Origin: Klebsormidium nitens
Taxonomy: Eukaryota > Plantae > Klebsormidiophyceae
Assembly: GCA_000708835.1 (NCBI GenBank)
Contig: DF237192.1
Coordinates: forward strand, 59,878-123,877
Direction of reading: 5' to 3'
Length of the DNA: 64,000 bases
Shown here: one piece after another, positions 23,565 through 35,722 of the stretch
How the letters are laid out: every line of letters begins with the position of its first letter
Numbering within the stretch: the first letter of the stretch is position 1
Position numbers and translations under genes: made by a program
The notes under the pieces: model-generated
The model's input: only the letters and a program-made list of their open reading frames with translations
The model's database searches: none
What the model was told of the DNA's origin: nothing

Positions 23565-24200
23565 ACTCATGCGCGCGGCCGGCGCCGGTGCTGACTGATC
23601 CCGCGGCGACCAGTGGAGGCGGCGCTCCGCCGGCCCGCCGGCCAGCCTGATCGAGCCGTGTGATGCTACGCGGGTGCGCGCAGGGGCGGATTGGTTGACA
23701 TAGTGGTTAAACCACCACCGGGGGTATAAATAGTGCTGGTTACCAGCTTTGCCATAATCACCTTTCGCAACTTGAAAATTGCGACGGGCGCATTGGGCGC
23801 AACACTTACAACAAGGTCCTCCGCCGGCAGAAAAACAAGCCGTTTCTTTCCGTTTTGAGCGGCGGTTTCGACTTGGCCTCGCTCTATTGACTAAACTTGA
23901 GCCGTAGAAAGAAAGACCGCCGAAAACAGCGAAGTCATGCTTCTGTTTTTGGATTTATAAGCTCAAATTTCCATAAGTTGGAAGCATGCGCCTTCGGGCC
24001 GAAATTTGAATTCCGGTGGCCGTTGGCGAGAATGACAGCCGGTTTGCCCCAAGTTATACCCCCGGTGGTGGTTTAAGGGCAGGACTCCTCAGGTTGCCGC
24101 TCGCGCGCGCGCATTGAGAGATGAAGCCTGCCGCCCGCGGCGAGCCTGCGCAGCGCGACTCACGGCATGTGGCCAAGCGGGGCCCGCTGCTTTGCTTCCC
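23565..24200. promoter_or_regulatory. CGCG-rich island (interrupted by the MITE), candidate promoter of a ncRNA cluster
   Basis: High CpG/CGCG density, GATTGG; paralogous to 31060-31230; followed by C/D-like units at 24404 and 24731. Confidence 0.35.
23711..24072. mobile_element. TTAA-flanked MITE (piggyBac- or Kolobok-type target site)
   Basis: Perfect 19-bp TIR ACCACCACCGGGGGTATAA / TTATACCCCCGGTGGTGGT with TTAA on both flanks (23707-10, 24073-76). Confidence 0.8.
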
Positions 24201-24403
24201 GTAACGGCACTCGTCGATCTCTCGCGTTCGTGATTCTGGACGTGACGGGATTTGGTTCGATAGATTAGCCACCGTCATTTTTGACTGATCAAGGAAATAG
24301 TGTACGTATGCATGCATGTTGCCCATTTTTGGTGGGCGCGTTTATTTTACTTCATTTTTTTTGTGTGTCCTTTCGTGGCTCAGACGTACTCGAAGGTAAG
24401 ATG

Positions 24404-24474
24404 GTGGCAGGGACGAAACGAACAGCGGCGACGAAAAGCCACGGGTCCGTGGGATTCGGTATATCCGACGCCAC
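24404..24474 (+). ncRNA. RGGAYGA-class C/D-like member
   Basis: GTGGCA-GGGACGA...CCGA-CGCCAC; lies just after a GTAAG donor-like site; paralogue of 31441. Confidence 0.55.
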
Positions 24475-24730
24475 TAGTTCGAAACCATCACCCGGGTTTC
24501 TCCAATCTCCTCTACTAGAGATGTCTCGAGAGATCGCCCGCTTCTCCTAGACTTGAATTGTTTGCTTTAAACTGAAACGTGAAGCGGTCAGAGACGGCAG
24601 AGACGGAAGCAGATGTTTGGGTGTAAACGTTGCGTTCGTAACGCGCTGGTGCTCTTACGACGTGAAGGTCCGAGTACGGTACGTTCGTCCAGCTACTTCC
24701 TTTCTAGAAAAGCGTTTACGGACGGCCGGC

Positions 24731-24793
24731 GGCAATGACGACAGAAGCGGACTGGGCTCCTGCTCAAGCATGACTCTCCCCCAGTCTGATGCC
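24731..24793 (+). ncRNA. Box C/D-like member
   Basis: GGCA-ATGACGA...TGGGCTCCTGCTCA...CTGA-TGCC. Confidence 0.65.
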
Positions 24794-27227
24794 TGCTTGC
24801 GGATATTGTCACAGACATCAAATCTGAGTCGAGAAAGCCCGCACCCGTACACATATACCTGTTCATCGCCAATTACGTTTTTAACCGGGGCCCGGGCTGG
24901 CCAAGGGTTAGCCACATGACCAAGCTTCTGCCTGCTTTTGACCAAACATGCTACGTAGATTTGTATTTTGCCACTTCTCAGTTTCAAACCATTGCGGATT
25001 CGGCACGCCATACAGTAGTAGAACGTACGACCCGGCAAAGTGCGTTGTAATGGTGACACTTAGCACCTTTGGTCACCGGAAGTTTCAACGAAAGCAGAGC
25101 GCCAAAGCTACGCTCTTGTGGGTTGCTCCCTATGGACTTGTTTCTATTCTCAAACTCTTTGAATGAGGAGTCTTTGTGGCTGCTTGGTCTGAGGTATGCT
25201 TCAACACAATTGGTGTAGTTTTCTCATCAAACCAACGTCTGAATCTTCACCGTCAAAGTCTATGAGGAACATTTTCTCGTGGTTGAGCCGCGCTCAACGA
25301 CTAGGTCCAACTAAGGCCTGAAGACGACAATCGACACTAGCTGATAGTACCTGCACTGGCCGTACAGTCTGCCCACGTTTGCTTCTTTAGGTTGGCGAGT
25401 CACGAAAAAACGTAAGGACGTCAGTACGAAAGTCGAACGCGCTCTTTCAATCATTAGATGATTTGTTCGCCTTGGCGAAGGCGTTGCCTTTTGTTGCATA
25501 TCTTGTCAGCGGAGAAAGATCGGTCTGTGGCCTATCGTGAAATTATTATGATACCCCTTCGATTCCTAAGGTTCAGACGGATCGTCTGAACGTGTCGTCC
25601 AAGCGCTGCTCCTTAAGTTCACGGCGTTGCTTCTGCTTTTGAAATGCTCTTGAATTCCTTTCCCGCTTGTTTTCTTTCCCTGAAAATACTCCTGCTTTTC
25701 GGGTCCGCTTTTTACTGCATGGGGAGCCCAATGCGTTACGTATGGCCTGCCTTACTGTTGCATAAATATTCTCTTACGGTCCTTCCTAAAGGTTGTGAAA
25801 TGGTGGGGCTTCTGTCCGAACAGAGTCGGTAATAGAGTCGCGACTATCCTCCTTCCGCCCGTCCTTCCGTGACAAGCGCGGCCGCCAATCTAGCTTCAGT
25901 CTCAAAAACGCCAGATTTCGGATTCACGCCGCGTTCGACCTGTCCAGCAATCAACAAGGGTTTTCCGTTGCTAAGCTGATTCTGTTAGCGCGTCTTTGAA
26001 CTCCCGCATACATATTACGTTCGCTGCAAAAAGTTTAGTGCAAGCTCTCAGGTCTAGTTGTGGGATTTTCTTGGCGCATTGCGCTGTTACTTAAGTTCTG
26101 GTTGACCGAGGTTTCGCATGCAAGGCGATGACTTGCGGAAGGCACATGGCTGAAAACAGGATCTTCCGGCCAGGATCTTCTTCTCTAATCAGGAAGCGTT
26201 CTCGTGGAAACGGTTTCCGAAGCGGTGACCCAAATCTTTGGCACGTTTTCAGGAGCAAAGAAGTCTCCAGATACGATCTCTAATGATACTCGCATGATTT
26301 ACAAGAGTCTGGCTTAAGAGCCCAAGAGCTGACAAAGTGTTCGAATTCTATCATCGGACATCTGCCTCGATGTTTACTCATGAGTAGCGTCGTCGGGAGA
26401 GGTTGAAGATGGCTGATCAGGGTTTGGTTGGTGAAAGTCTTTCATAACAAAGAGCCCTGATGAGGTATGTTGAGAACGGAAGGCCCGGCCGGGGCTTCCA
26501 AGGAGATGGCCAAAAATTCGTCCCGATTCGACACCCTTTTTCACAAACTTCGTACTTTTAAGCCGCCGTTCAATCAAAACACTGTTCATTTTGCAAGTTG
26601 AAATTTTGCAGATGACCACCAAAGGTATGCTCGGCCAGATCAGTGCCTCTTGAATGTTGTATTTTGAAGGCTCCCGATACCGTCAAGGTGTTATCATACG
26701 TACTGCCGTCATGCTACGACTTGCTTTCCCTCCTTGAAGTCTACGAGGAGATACTGGTCGTACCGCACAAATCTGGTAAGCCGTCTTCCACTACATAGTG
26801 CTCGAATTGCGCTTAACTGATATTTCTTGCGAGCAAGCAGCTTTTAATTTCCAAGTTACCGAAAGCATAGGTGGTCGAGAACCACTGATCAACCATGATT
26901 GCTATTATCCCGCGTTGCTGGATAGAGCATGTGGCAGACCATTCTGCAGAGCATGTCTCTTGCAGTCAGGTGGAGGAGACACCATGCCTTCAATGTGTTC
27001 AACTTCGAGCGAGGGGAGATTATCTAGCCCGGATGGCGGGGGGCCGAGGGACTTGTAAAGAAAGAAAGAAGGGAAATTCCTCCCTATGACATTCAGCAAA
27101 CAAACCTAGCTTATTGAGCAAATAAGGTTGGACGTCAAGTAAGAATGACCCTCTCTCTTTGCGCATCATGCCAACGTGCCAAGTGATGCCTCGGATATTT
27201 GGAGCGGTTCTTTGGATACTCACTGAC

Positions 27228-27298
27228 GTGGCAATGACTCATATGCTCGCGCATGTGGGCTCGTACGTCCACTCATGTCTTGCAGCAACTGACGCCAC
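27228..27298 (+). ncRNA. Box C/D-like member
   Basis: GTGGCA-ATGACTC...GTGGGC/GTCCAC hairpin...CTGA-CGCCAC. Confidence 0.55.
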
Positions 27299-27812
27299 AC
27301 GAATCAAACCACGAAAATGTATTTGTGGAAAAGCGTCGGCAAAGGAAGGCGGCAAGCAGGCACCAAAAGAGCTAGAGCCAGCTTTTCCGTGCTTTCCAGG
27401 TTGACCGGGTGAAGAAACCGTCATGCAAGCTTGCATGTTTTTGTAACAAGTCCCAGGTGCTTCTGACCATTCTGCTTGCCAAACATTTCACGTTCGGCCG
27501 GGCTCTGTGGTACTACTCCTGCCCTTGAACGTTGGGCTCTTATAGCATCTTTCCGCTTGCGCGCAGTAGTCTGATCAAGCTCGCTCCGGTGGTTCAGAGT
27601 AAGTAATCATGTATTCATCTCCACTTGTCGTTATTCATATGCATTTCTAGCGTTGAAATAAGCTGCTAAGTTTATACGTGGATGATTACGTTGCGACTAC
27701 CAAATTGACGTAGTCCAGAATCTCTCCAGTTTCTCATGAGACCTCTTTATGAAGGATAAGAATTTAGCAAAATTGGGCCCGTACTGAGCATCTTTAACCA
27801 GGTGATCCACAA

Positions 27813-27887
27813 TGGCCGTGATGAGCTTATTTACCTTACTCATGGGCTTGAGCCCAAAGGCGGTTCTGGTCACCAAGTCACGATGCC
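27813..27887 (+). ncRNA. Box C/D-like member
   Basis: TGGCC-GTGATGA...TGGGCTTGAGCCCA...ACGA-TGCC. Confidence 0.5.
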
Positions 27888-28019
27888 GCTGAATTTCTGA
27901 GCGCCTTCAATGCACCATGAAGGAAGCTCTTTGTTTCGTTTTACCCTCTACCAGGACGCTCTGTTTTGCGGTAAAAGCGTTGGGTGCTTGGGCTTTGCAA
28001 GTCGCAAGCTTCAAGCACC

Positions 28020-28290
28020 CTGCGGCCGCAGACGGAGCTTATGTGAACCGAGGCGTCGCGACCGCGGGCGTTCCGGCGCCTTGGCGGACGCGGGCGTTAG
28101 AAAGGCAGCGGCCGCGGTTGCGGGCTGGTCTGCGCGCCCTTGCTTTGTGCTGATGTGGCAGTGTTGCGACTGGTCATACAGTGGCAATACCTTATCATAA
28201 GCAGGAAGTCAAACGCAATGCGATTGCGCGTCGCTTGAGCGACCGCGGCCGCCAGAAAGCTCTTGGTCGCGGGCGCTGGGCACAGCGCAC
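28020..28290. promoter_or_regulatory. CGCG-rich island, candidate promoter
   Basis: GC/CpG-dense; paralogue at 34265-34500; both precede AGGACGA + RTGAYGA unit pairs. Confidence 0.35.
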
Positions 28291-28582
28291 TAGAGCTTGA
28301 GGATGGCAAATCTAGTGGGACGTACTATAGTGACGGGCTTGCGTCAAGGAACTTGTAAATACATCTGGTAAATCCATATTAATGGGCGGCCGCGCGGCTT
28401 GTAAGTCCATGTCAGAGATGATGGCGTATTGCGGTCCTGCGCCAGCAACTGGACTGGCCTTTAAGGAGTCATAATTGGTTTCGAACACGTAATTGAGCAG
28501 CCGTTCGCGCAATTGAACCATCAGTTTCTTCACCTCATCCGTTTTCTGCCGCTTTTGTCCCTCATCCTGAACGTTTGCCACA

Positions 28583-28647
28583 CGGCAAGGACGAGAGGCT
28601 TGTCTTTCGGACAAGATAAAGTCGTGTTCCAATACCAGTCTAAAGCA
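28583..28647 (+). ncRNA. AGGACGA-class member, degenerate D box
   Basis: CGGCA-AGGACGA...CTAA-AGCA; paralogue of 34834. Confidence 0.35.
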
Positions 28648-28666
28648 TAGGATCTTAGATTACTGC

Positions 28667-28729
28667 CGGCAATGACGACCCGTCCATTCTGGGTTCTGGC
28701 CCATAGACCTCCTTTTACGTCTGATGCCA
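28667..28729 (+). ncRNA. Box C/D-like member
   Basis: CGGCA-ATGACGA...TGGGTTCTGGCCCA...CTGA-TGCCA. Confidence 0.68.
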
Positions 28730-29650
28730 TGTGAAAAACTGAAGGCTCTTCAAGTTTGTGGGCCTCGTATATGCGCGACGAAACTACATATGCTGTCTAT
28801 GAGCAGCTCTCCAGCCCAAAACAAATTGGACCGGGCCATCGGCCTCAAGCTGTACTCACGTTCGCTACATCCGCGCGGGGAGCGCGAGCAGCCAAGCGTT
28901 TCCGGGCTCAACGAACCTGTGCGAGAGCACGTGGCCGGACTTAATTTGCGCCAACTTGTCCTGGAGCAAGCGAGGCTACTTAAAGTTGCACGGCGCTTGA
29001 TGTTTACTTGGGCTTATACGTGCAAACAGAAGCAAAACCGTCGAAACGGATGCTACATATGAAACCACTGATATTTTCTTAGGCAACGCGTTTCCTGGTT
29101 TGCTTGCGCGCACAAATCATCTGTCGAGACCTTTTTGGATCTCCTCACAGACATTAGAATCGTCCATTAATTTATCGTTAGATACATAGTCTGCCTTGGA
29201 TTCAGCTGCAGTGGCCGAGTGATCTTATCAATAAGGTAAATGGGTACCAGATGACACGAGTTGAAAATTCGAAATCTGGTATGACTACTTCCCTCGAGTA
29301 ATGCCTCTATGAGTCCTTCGCTTCACAAGCATTCTATCCGATCCTCTTATCGACTGGAAATGCACAAGGTTTCCGACGGGCGTTCCTGGTTTTTTCCCTC
29401 AGTTCTGGTCGCCGAACGAATGCCTCGTCATTCCTGAGAGCGCTCTATTTAACGAGGCAAGTAAGAGAGTCCCTGCTTTTTTGGCCAAGCGAGGCCGGTT
29501 CGAGTCTCCAATTGCGAACCCCGATTTCATTGATGCGGTCACTACGAATAGTGCTTTGAAACGCCCTCGTGCTTTCCTGACGGCGCAAACTGCTCAATTC
29601 AGTACGAAAATACATCCACCCACGTCCAATTCAAAAGAAGCTGCTAGAGA

Positions 29651-29718
29651 TGGCAGTGATGACAAGGCTCTATTGGGCTCCAGCCCATTGCAGCGTTACC
29701 TACCCGCTTCTGATGCTT
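29651..29718 (+). ncRNA. Box C/D-like member
   Basis: TGGCA-GTGATGA...TGGGCTCCAGCCCA...CTGA-TGCT. Confidence 0.68.
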
Positions 29719-30040
29719 CATGAAGCTCTCCAGTCAAGTTGATCTCCCTTGAAGTTGAGGGCGCACTTAGATTCTTTTAAAATAGAACCAATAGATACGG
29801 ACGGAATGGTTTAGGCAGATCCATATGCCACGATTTCTCCCATATATATTTTCTTAAGCGACCCGGCTTAGGATTGCGTTTTTCGCGGGTACGAACGTCC
29901 ACCGTCAGATCGAATCATCCCTTTTGACATGCTGGCGGCGATCAATATATGCGCGAGCATTCCTGGTGACACTCGATCGTTCTCTTCTCACGACCTTTGA
30001 TGCTTGTTGATATGCAAGGGCCTCCGGCACGTTCAAAAGT

Positions 30041-30118
30041 CGACAAGGACGAGTGCCAGCTGTGCTTCGATTGTTGGCCAAAACGAGGCCATGTCTTGTA
30101 TCAGCATTTCCGATGTCG
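30041..30118 (+). ncRNA. AGGACGA-class member with a compensated stem
   Basis: CGACA-AGGACGA...TTGGCCAAaacgaggcca...CCGA-TGTCG. Confidence 0.6.
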
Positions 30119-30235
30119 TCACTCCTGCGGGGCTTCTGGTGATTTAATAATGCGTTGTAGGTTCCTAATTTTCAGTAGCTTGTGTCTGTCCACTCATCCC
30201 GATGACGTCGTCGCTGCAGAAGGAGGGATTATGAA

Positions 30236-30305
30236 CGGCAGTGACGACTGATGATTCAAGTTCGGGCCGGCCCACAAGAAGTCAGATGATGTACCTGTAA
30301 CGCCG
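30236..30305 (+). ncRNA. Box C/D-like member, degenerate D box
   Basis: CGGCA-GTGACGA...GGGCCGGCCC...tgtaa-CGCCG. Confidence 0.4.
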
Positions 30306-30799
30306 TTTGCCGCTTCTACGTTTAGTCTCAGAGAAGACTTCTTTGAATTGAAGGCGCATATGATTCCATCTATCATGATTGACACAACTAGGGATCCGAT
30401 TGATCGGAGCAGTCTTTAGGAAAGTGCAATTATGGCCAGGCTAAGTCGGGGCGGCCTCAGGGCGTACTCGCGAAATGGTAGGCGCCGTACGCGTGCAAAG
30501 CGGTGGATAGCGCATACATACGCGTTCTCACCAGCCAACTCAACCAGATCATGTGACAAGCGGCCATGATGGACGTATGGGGGTTTCGACCTCAAAAAGT
30601 AAACATTCGTTCCTCCTTTACGAAGCTCCTGCACTTTGAAGCCAACTAAGCGGCCGGGGGGGCTCTGCCATGGCATTATTGCTAGGTTTGCCAACCTCGC
30701 AGTGACATGAGTTCCGCCGTTTGGTCGGCCGTACCGGTGGTGTTCTGCGGGCACTGAGGACATGAGCCTCGCAAAATTATTCTAGACTGGACGCGGGTG

Positions 30800-31210
30800 C
30801 CGGCCGCCGGTGCGGCCCAGCCTGTGCGCCCGCGCACGGCTGCGAGGTTCCACAGAGTCTGCGTGGCCGGATGCCGGCACCGTGGGCGCTGTGCATGTGA
30901 GGACGCGGCCGCGGCCGTGGCGAAAACCTGCCAGTTCAACGGTTAAGGAAACGGTTGACTTTAACGGTCAAGGCAGCCAGGCGGCGCCGCCGGGCCCGCC
31001 GACTGATCGACGGCGCCGCAAGCGCTGCATGGATTGCCGCCGGCGGCGACGTTGAGTGAGCTTGCGACCAGTGGAGGCGGCGCTTTGCCAGCCTGGCCAT
31101 GTGACAGTATGCGGGTGCGCACATGGGCGGATTAAGCCTGCCGCCCGCGCGAGCCTGCGCAGAGCGACTTTGCGGCGGCGAGTAGCGTGGGTCCAAGCGC
31201 GGGTCCCACG
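30800..31210. promoter_or_regulatory. CGCG-rich island, candidate promoter
   Basis: GC/CpG-dense; precedes units at 31441, 31771 and 32063. Confidence 0.35.
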
Positions 31211-31440
31211 CTGGTTTTGCTTCGCGTAACAGCGAGTTTTTCTTGGCGTTTGCAGTCTTCGAAGTGACGAAAATTAGTCCAGTGTAAATTTGGACACCGT
31301 CATTCCACCGGCAGAATCAGGACGGATTGTATGCAACTGCCAACCATTGCAACGTCTGATGGGCGCTTCAAGCTATTCCTTCACTTTCTCTGCATTTGTG
31401 AGTGCTTCGGTTATACAACATTCGATCGAAGTACGATTCG

Positions 31441-31509
31441 GGGCAAGGATGACAGGATTCAGCGGCGAACATGAGCCACGGCTTCTTGGGAATGGAAACC
31501 CCGATGCCA
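31441..31509 (+). ncRNA. AGGATGA-class member
   Basis: GGGCA-AGGATGA...CCGA-TGCCA; internal cagcggcga..agccacgg shared with 24404. Confidence 0.55.
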
Positions 31510-31770
31510 CTAACAGGCTTGTACTGTCACAGAAGTTTTAAAACTCCTCTTCCAGAGAAGTTTTGAAAGCTCGCCCGCTTTTCTCAGAAATAAATGGCCT
31601 CATCTTTGAACTGAGGTTCCGAAACGCACGGTCAGGGGGGAAGAAAAAGCTTTTGAAACGTGGGTGTGAACTTTACGTCAGCAACGCGCTAGTGCTCTGA
31701 CGCCGTTAATCAAGGTGCTGGCATGAGAAGATTACCTAGCCACTTTTGTTGTAAAAGAAGCGGTTACGGA

Positions 31771-31842
31771 CGGCAGCGACGAGAAACGCGGTTTGGGCTC
31801 CTCAGCGAGTTTGACACTTGCCAGCTTTATTCTTCCGAGCCA
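31771..31842 (+). ncRNA. Box C/D-like member, degenerate
   Basis: CGGCA-GCGACGA...TTGGGCTCC...CCGA-GCCA; paralogue of 37479. Confidence 0.35.
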
Positions 31843-32062
31843 AAGCAACATCTACAACGGTTGTCTTCAATACCGCAATGACGGGGCGAAGACGAGAGCC
31901 GTGAGTTCTTGCCAAATAAGGCCAAGGTCTTGGACTGCGCGCGATCCCATCGAATCCATGAGGATAACAAACATAAGATGCTGCCGTAGACTCGCTGTGA
32001 GTGGCAAATCGGTAATTTATGCTATGGTGAGTCGTTGTCCTCCCGGAAGCATTGCTTACGGA

Positions 32063-32127
32063 CGGCCGTGACGACACAGATGTTTGGGAATTTGCCCAGT
32101 GGACGGACTCCATATTCTCCGATGCTG
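32063..32127 (+). ncRNA. Box C/D-like member
   Basis: CGGCC-GTGACGA...TGGGAATTTGCCCA...CCGA-TGCTG. Confidence 0.55.
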
Positions 32128-33073
32128 GTCCAGGGTCTCTGCATCCCTTCATTAACATTGCCGCTTTTTGAGGTCAAATGCGGCACAAACAATGCAATTT
32201 GCAAAGCCGATCACAATGTTCGAGGGGCGACCGAAAAGTGCAAGAAACGGCCACATGGTCGATCTTCATCATCTAATAATGGAGTGTTTCGAAAGGTTCG
32301 TTGATCGGAATGACAAGCAAGCATGTGCCAGCGGCCGGACCTTCCGGTGTCAAATTTTCCAACCTGTACACCCCTAGCTAAAGTGGTGTCACACTACTTT
32401 CTCCAGCTCACACAGCGCTCCGAAGTCCTAATCTACTCATCAAACGGTGTTCTAGCCTTCGTTGGAAAGGGAAAGTATCGCCAGAACCAGCCGCGCGCAC
32501 GGGGACGGGGAACGCAGGAGGCAAAAGTCGGCATTCAATCGATTTTGCCGCATGAATGGACAAATCATGCTGGCGCATGCACGGATCGTCTTTTGGCGAC
32601 ACCTTTCTGCAGGTTACCAGCCTGATGTAGCCCGGCGGCGATGTGCATTAATACTCCCTTTGAAGGTGCTTGGGTGTTGTCCTGGAGCTTTATTCTTGCC
32701 CTCAGAAAGCGGTAGACAAAACGCCGACCAACGTAGTAGTTTCGTCAATCAGACTGGACTTAAGACATCATTGCCCATGTTGTTGCCCCTTAAGGTTTGA
32801 TGCGGCTCAGCGTGACAGTTACTAGTGATAGGTATATTTAACGGCTGCTCCAGATGGCAAACATGTGCCTAAGGTTTTCGATGTAATCGCAGTGCTTCCC
32901 TTTATGTCGTGATAAGATTTACTTTCATTGCAGACCTAACTTATTCCCAACCTTTCGAAAAAGTTTTGGAGTCTGGAAATCTGGAACCCACGGTTGCAAC
33001 ACGGATCCCACGGATGCGCATCATCTGCTGCACGATAAGGGAACCGGTTTACTGCGTTGATTTTACCTTTACT

Positions 33074-33159
33074 GCGGCTGTGATGAGGAGCACTTATAAG
33101 GCTTGCCGGGAATTGTCTCACCGGGGCAAGTGTTTCAAGGTACGTCCTTCTGAAGCTGC
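33074..33159 (+). ncRNA. Box C/D-like member, long form
   Basis: GCGGCT-GTGATGA...CTTGCC/GGCAAG hairpin...CTGA-AGCTGC. Confidence 0.55.
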
Positions 33160-33441
33160 GTCGTTTGGTCCTCTCCGACCAACCAGCTCTTGACACGTGT
33201 TGGCAATCATCTCCGCTGCTTACGCTGGTGTCCCCCTCTTTCTTCATGTCGTACGGCAACCGCCCGTTCTCTAACTTTAAGCTATCGTCTCTCGGACTGA
33301 GCCCGGCAGTTTAACGAAGCGCCTCAAATCTACCGACCGGAAGTCCTTCAGAATTGTGCTCGATGTACCTGATGATCATCGCGAGCCTTGCTCACCTGCA
33401 ACGTTAAAGGTCTCATTCTGCTCTCCGGGAAATTAGGACGT

Positions 33442-33516
33442 GTCAATGACGTCTTCGCTCTGGCGGTGGACTTCTAGTTAAAGTCCAACGGGAGGAATTT
33501 GTCATGATTTGATGCC
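33442..33516 (+). ncRNA. Box C/D-like member, degenerate
   Basis: GTCA-ATGACGT...TGGACTT/AAGTCCA hairpin...TTGA-TGCC. Confidence 0.4.
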
Positions 33517-33868
33517 CTAGACTAAGCGGGATATGAAAGAGGCGGCATTTTTTCAGTATTTTTGAGTGAAGTCTTGGGGCAGTAGGCCACAAAATCAATA
33601 TAGCTGGAAACTTGGTACTTACCAAAATCTCTGGATGGGCGAGAGGTTCTACAAATAAAGTGCAGTAATATTTGGGAAGCAAAAGCCTCCGCGTTGCTCG
33701 CCTAATGCGACGAGGGCTCTTTCTCATTTCGCGGTGTTACGATCATCGAAGACGTAATGCCGACGTCGTAGGTGAGAGCGTAACGTCAGCAAAGTGCTGA
33801 TCCTCTGAATCGTTCTAGTACGTCGTGCACACTTCCACGTAGATTGCCAGAGGAGGATCGGTTATGGA

Positions 33869-33930
33869 CGGCAATGGAAGCAAAGCCATGCTGGGCTCTG
33901 GCCCACCGAGCATCCCTGGCCTCTGATGCC
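33869..33930 (+). ncRNA. Box C/D-like member, degenerate C box
   Basis: CGGCA-ATGGAAG...TGGGCTCTGGCCCA...CTGA-TGCC. Confidence 0.5.
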
Positions 33931-34264
33931 CTACGTCGCAACTTTCTAGTGCTTCTAGTCTCAGTTTTGGCAACCTGCAAGGCGGGAAAATCAATCAGAT
34001 TGTTGCCTGACCGAAAACAAAGCGCTCTCGACTACTGGAAAGAAGGCCCAGGGCCAAGCTGGTCCAAGGCAATCGTGTGCTGTACTAAACTGTGACGTCA
34101 CGCATGCTCAGCGAGCGCGGAAGCGTTCCCCGCCGGCATCACACCCCAGACTTGACCACCTGTCTAACCCCTTCGAAGTCGCTTTGTTTTGACGGTAAAC
34201 GTGTTGATTTGGGTTTCGCAAGTTGCAAGCTTCGAGCACTCTGCGAAAGTTGAAGCGGGCTTGT

Positions 34265-34500
34265 GTGGACCGAGGCGCCGCGGCCGCGAGCCGCGCTCCG
34301 AGAATCTGACGGCCGCGGCCGCGGTCGCTCTGCGCGCCCTTGCTAAAAGCTGATCTGGCAGTGCCGCGACTGGTCGAACAGTGGCACCTTCCATATGCAT
34401 GACGTCAGACGCGACGCGATTGCGGGGCCGCCGGCTTAGAGCGGCCGCACGGCCGCTTGAGAGCGCTTGGTCGCGAGCGCTGAGCACAGCGCGCTCGCTT
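34265..34500. promoter_or_regulatory. CGCG-rich island, candidate promoter
   Basis: Paralogue of the 28020 island. Confidence 0.35.
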
Positions 34501-34833
34501 GAGGCCTTTACATCGGATCCCAACGGCAGCAAATGCAGCGTGACGTACTGTTGAGACTGGAGGGATCCTGCGGATAGATCTGGTGCAATTTGATTGGTCG
34601 GCGGCTTGTAAGTCTCTGTCATCAGAGAGAGTGACGTAGTGCGGTCCCGCGCCATCACCTACACACACACCTACACAAAAGGCGTCAAAATTGGTCTTTT
34701 GGCACGTTCTCGAGCAGCCGTTGCTGGGCGAGTGAGCCATCAGTATTTCATCCATATTTTAGGCTTTCATTTTTCTTCCCGCATCCTTCTTTGGCCACAA
34801 GTCTTTGCGAAATTTTGGGGATTGCTGGTTTAA

Positions 34834-34906
34834 GTGGCAAGGACGAGAGCGTTTGTACTTCTCGTCAAACGAGACCAACTCTCAGCTTTGACGACCCGGA
34901 TGCCAT
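34834..34906 (+). ncRNA. AGGACGA-class member
   Basis: GTGGCA-AGGACGA...CGGA-TGCCAT. Confidence 0.5.
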
Positions 34907-35019
34907 GACGTAATGTTGCGATGCGGACAGAGGTGACCTGTAAATACGTCAGCAACGCGCCGCTGCTTCCTTCAAACCGGTCTCGTGTCTCCACCCCTCC
35001 ACGTCTTTGCGGTAACTAT

Positions 35020-35084
35020 CGGCAGTGATGACGAGATTAATTTGGGTTTTGGCCCATCTCTCTTGTTCTTCTACGTCTGATGCT
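35020..35084 (+). ncRNA. Box C/D-like member
   Basis: CGGCA-GTGATGA...TGGGTTTTGGCCCA...CTGA-TGCT. Confidence 0.68.
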
Positions 35085-35651
35085 ATATGCAGCGTTTGAC
35101 GGCTATAGAAATTTGTCGCCTCGATAGGAGCCACGAACAGTGCGCAGAAGAACCATACAAAGCGCTTCGTAAGTCGTTTGCAAAGAGGAGCCGTGCAGTT
35201 CAGAACGAAGACAGGATAAAGCTGTACGGGTTGCCCTCAAGCTGTCCTTACGCGGCAACATCTGCGCGGCCGCGAGGGAGCATGCAGAAGCATTTACAGG
35301 CCAACGTCGACGAACCTGTGTGAGTGCTCGTTACAGCACGTATCGCGCCAACGTGTGCTGCAGCAAGCGTGGCTGATTAAGAATGCGCGGCGCTTGATGT
35401 TTGAACGGACTGCTAATCAACAGAAGCAAAACCGCTAAATTTCGGATGCTACATACGAAATTATAGATGCTTTCTTAGCCAACGCGTTTTCTGGGTTATT
35501 GCGCGCGCAAATCAGCTGTCTTTACCTTGGATTTCTTCTCAAGCGCCTGTTATTGTCCACGTTTCCGACGGGCGTTCCTGGTTTTCTTCCTCCGTTTTGG
35601 CCCGGCCCCCAAACGTGTTTCTTCGTCATTTCTGATAGCGCGCTAGTTAAC

Positions 35652-35722
35652 GTGGCAAGGACGAGAAGCCCTGCTTTCTTGGCCAAGCGAGGCCAACTAA
35701 TGCACTGGTCATCGATTTTGTC
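35652..35722 (+). ncRNA. AGGACGA-class member, decayed 3' end
   Basis: GTGGCA-AGGACGA...TTGGCCAAgcgaggcca; paralogue at about 29455. Confidence 0.35.

Larger units (their letters stand above)
27950..31850 (+). repeat. Segmental duplication copy 1 (paralogue at about 34170-37550)
   Basis: Collinear shared blocks: gcaagcttc(a/g)agcac, cagaagcaaaaccg..cggatgctacat, tttccgacgggcgttcctggtttt, aacgtccaccgtca, cagggcgtactcgcgaaa, ggacggcag..tttgggct. Confidence 0.85.

Noticed and set aside
29201-29510. tRNA-like A box (GCAGTGGCCGAGTG at about 29207) and B box (GGTTCGAGTC at about 29497)
   Set aside because: About 290 bp apart with no cloverleaf, and the B-box-like motif is missing from the paralogue at about 35690
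31443-31454. GCAAGGATGACA match to U6 snRNA
   Set aside because: Only 12 nt, flanks do not resemble U6, and it is explained by the AGGATGA-class box
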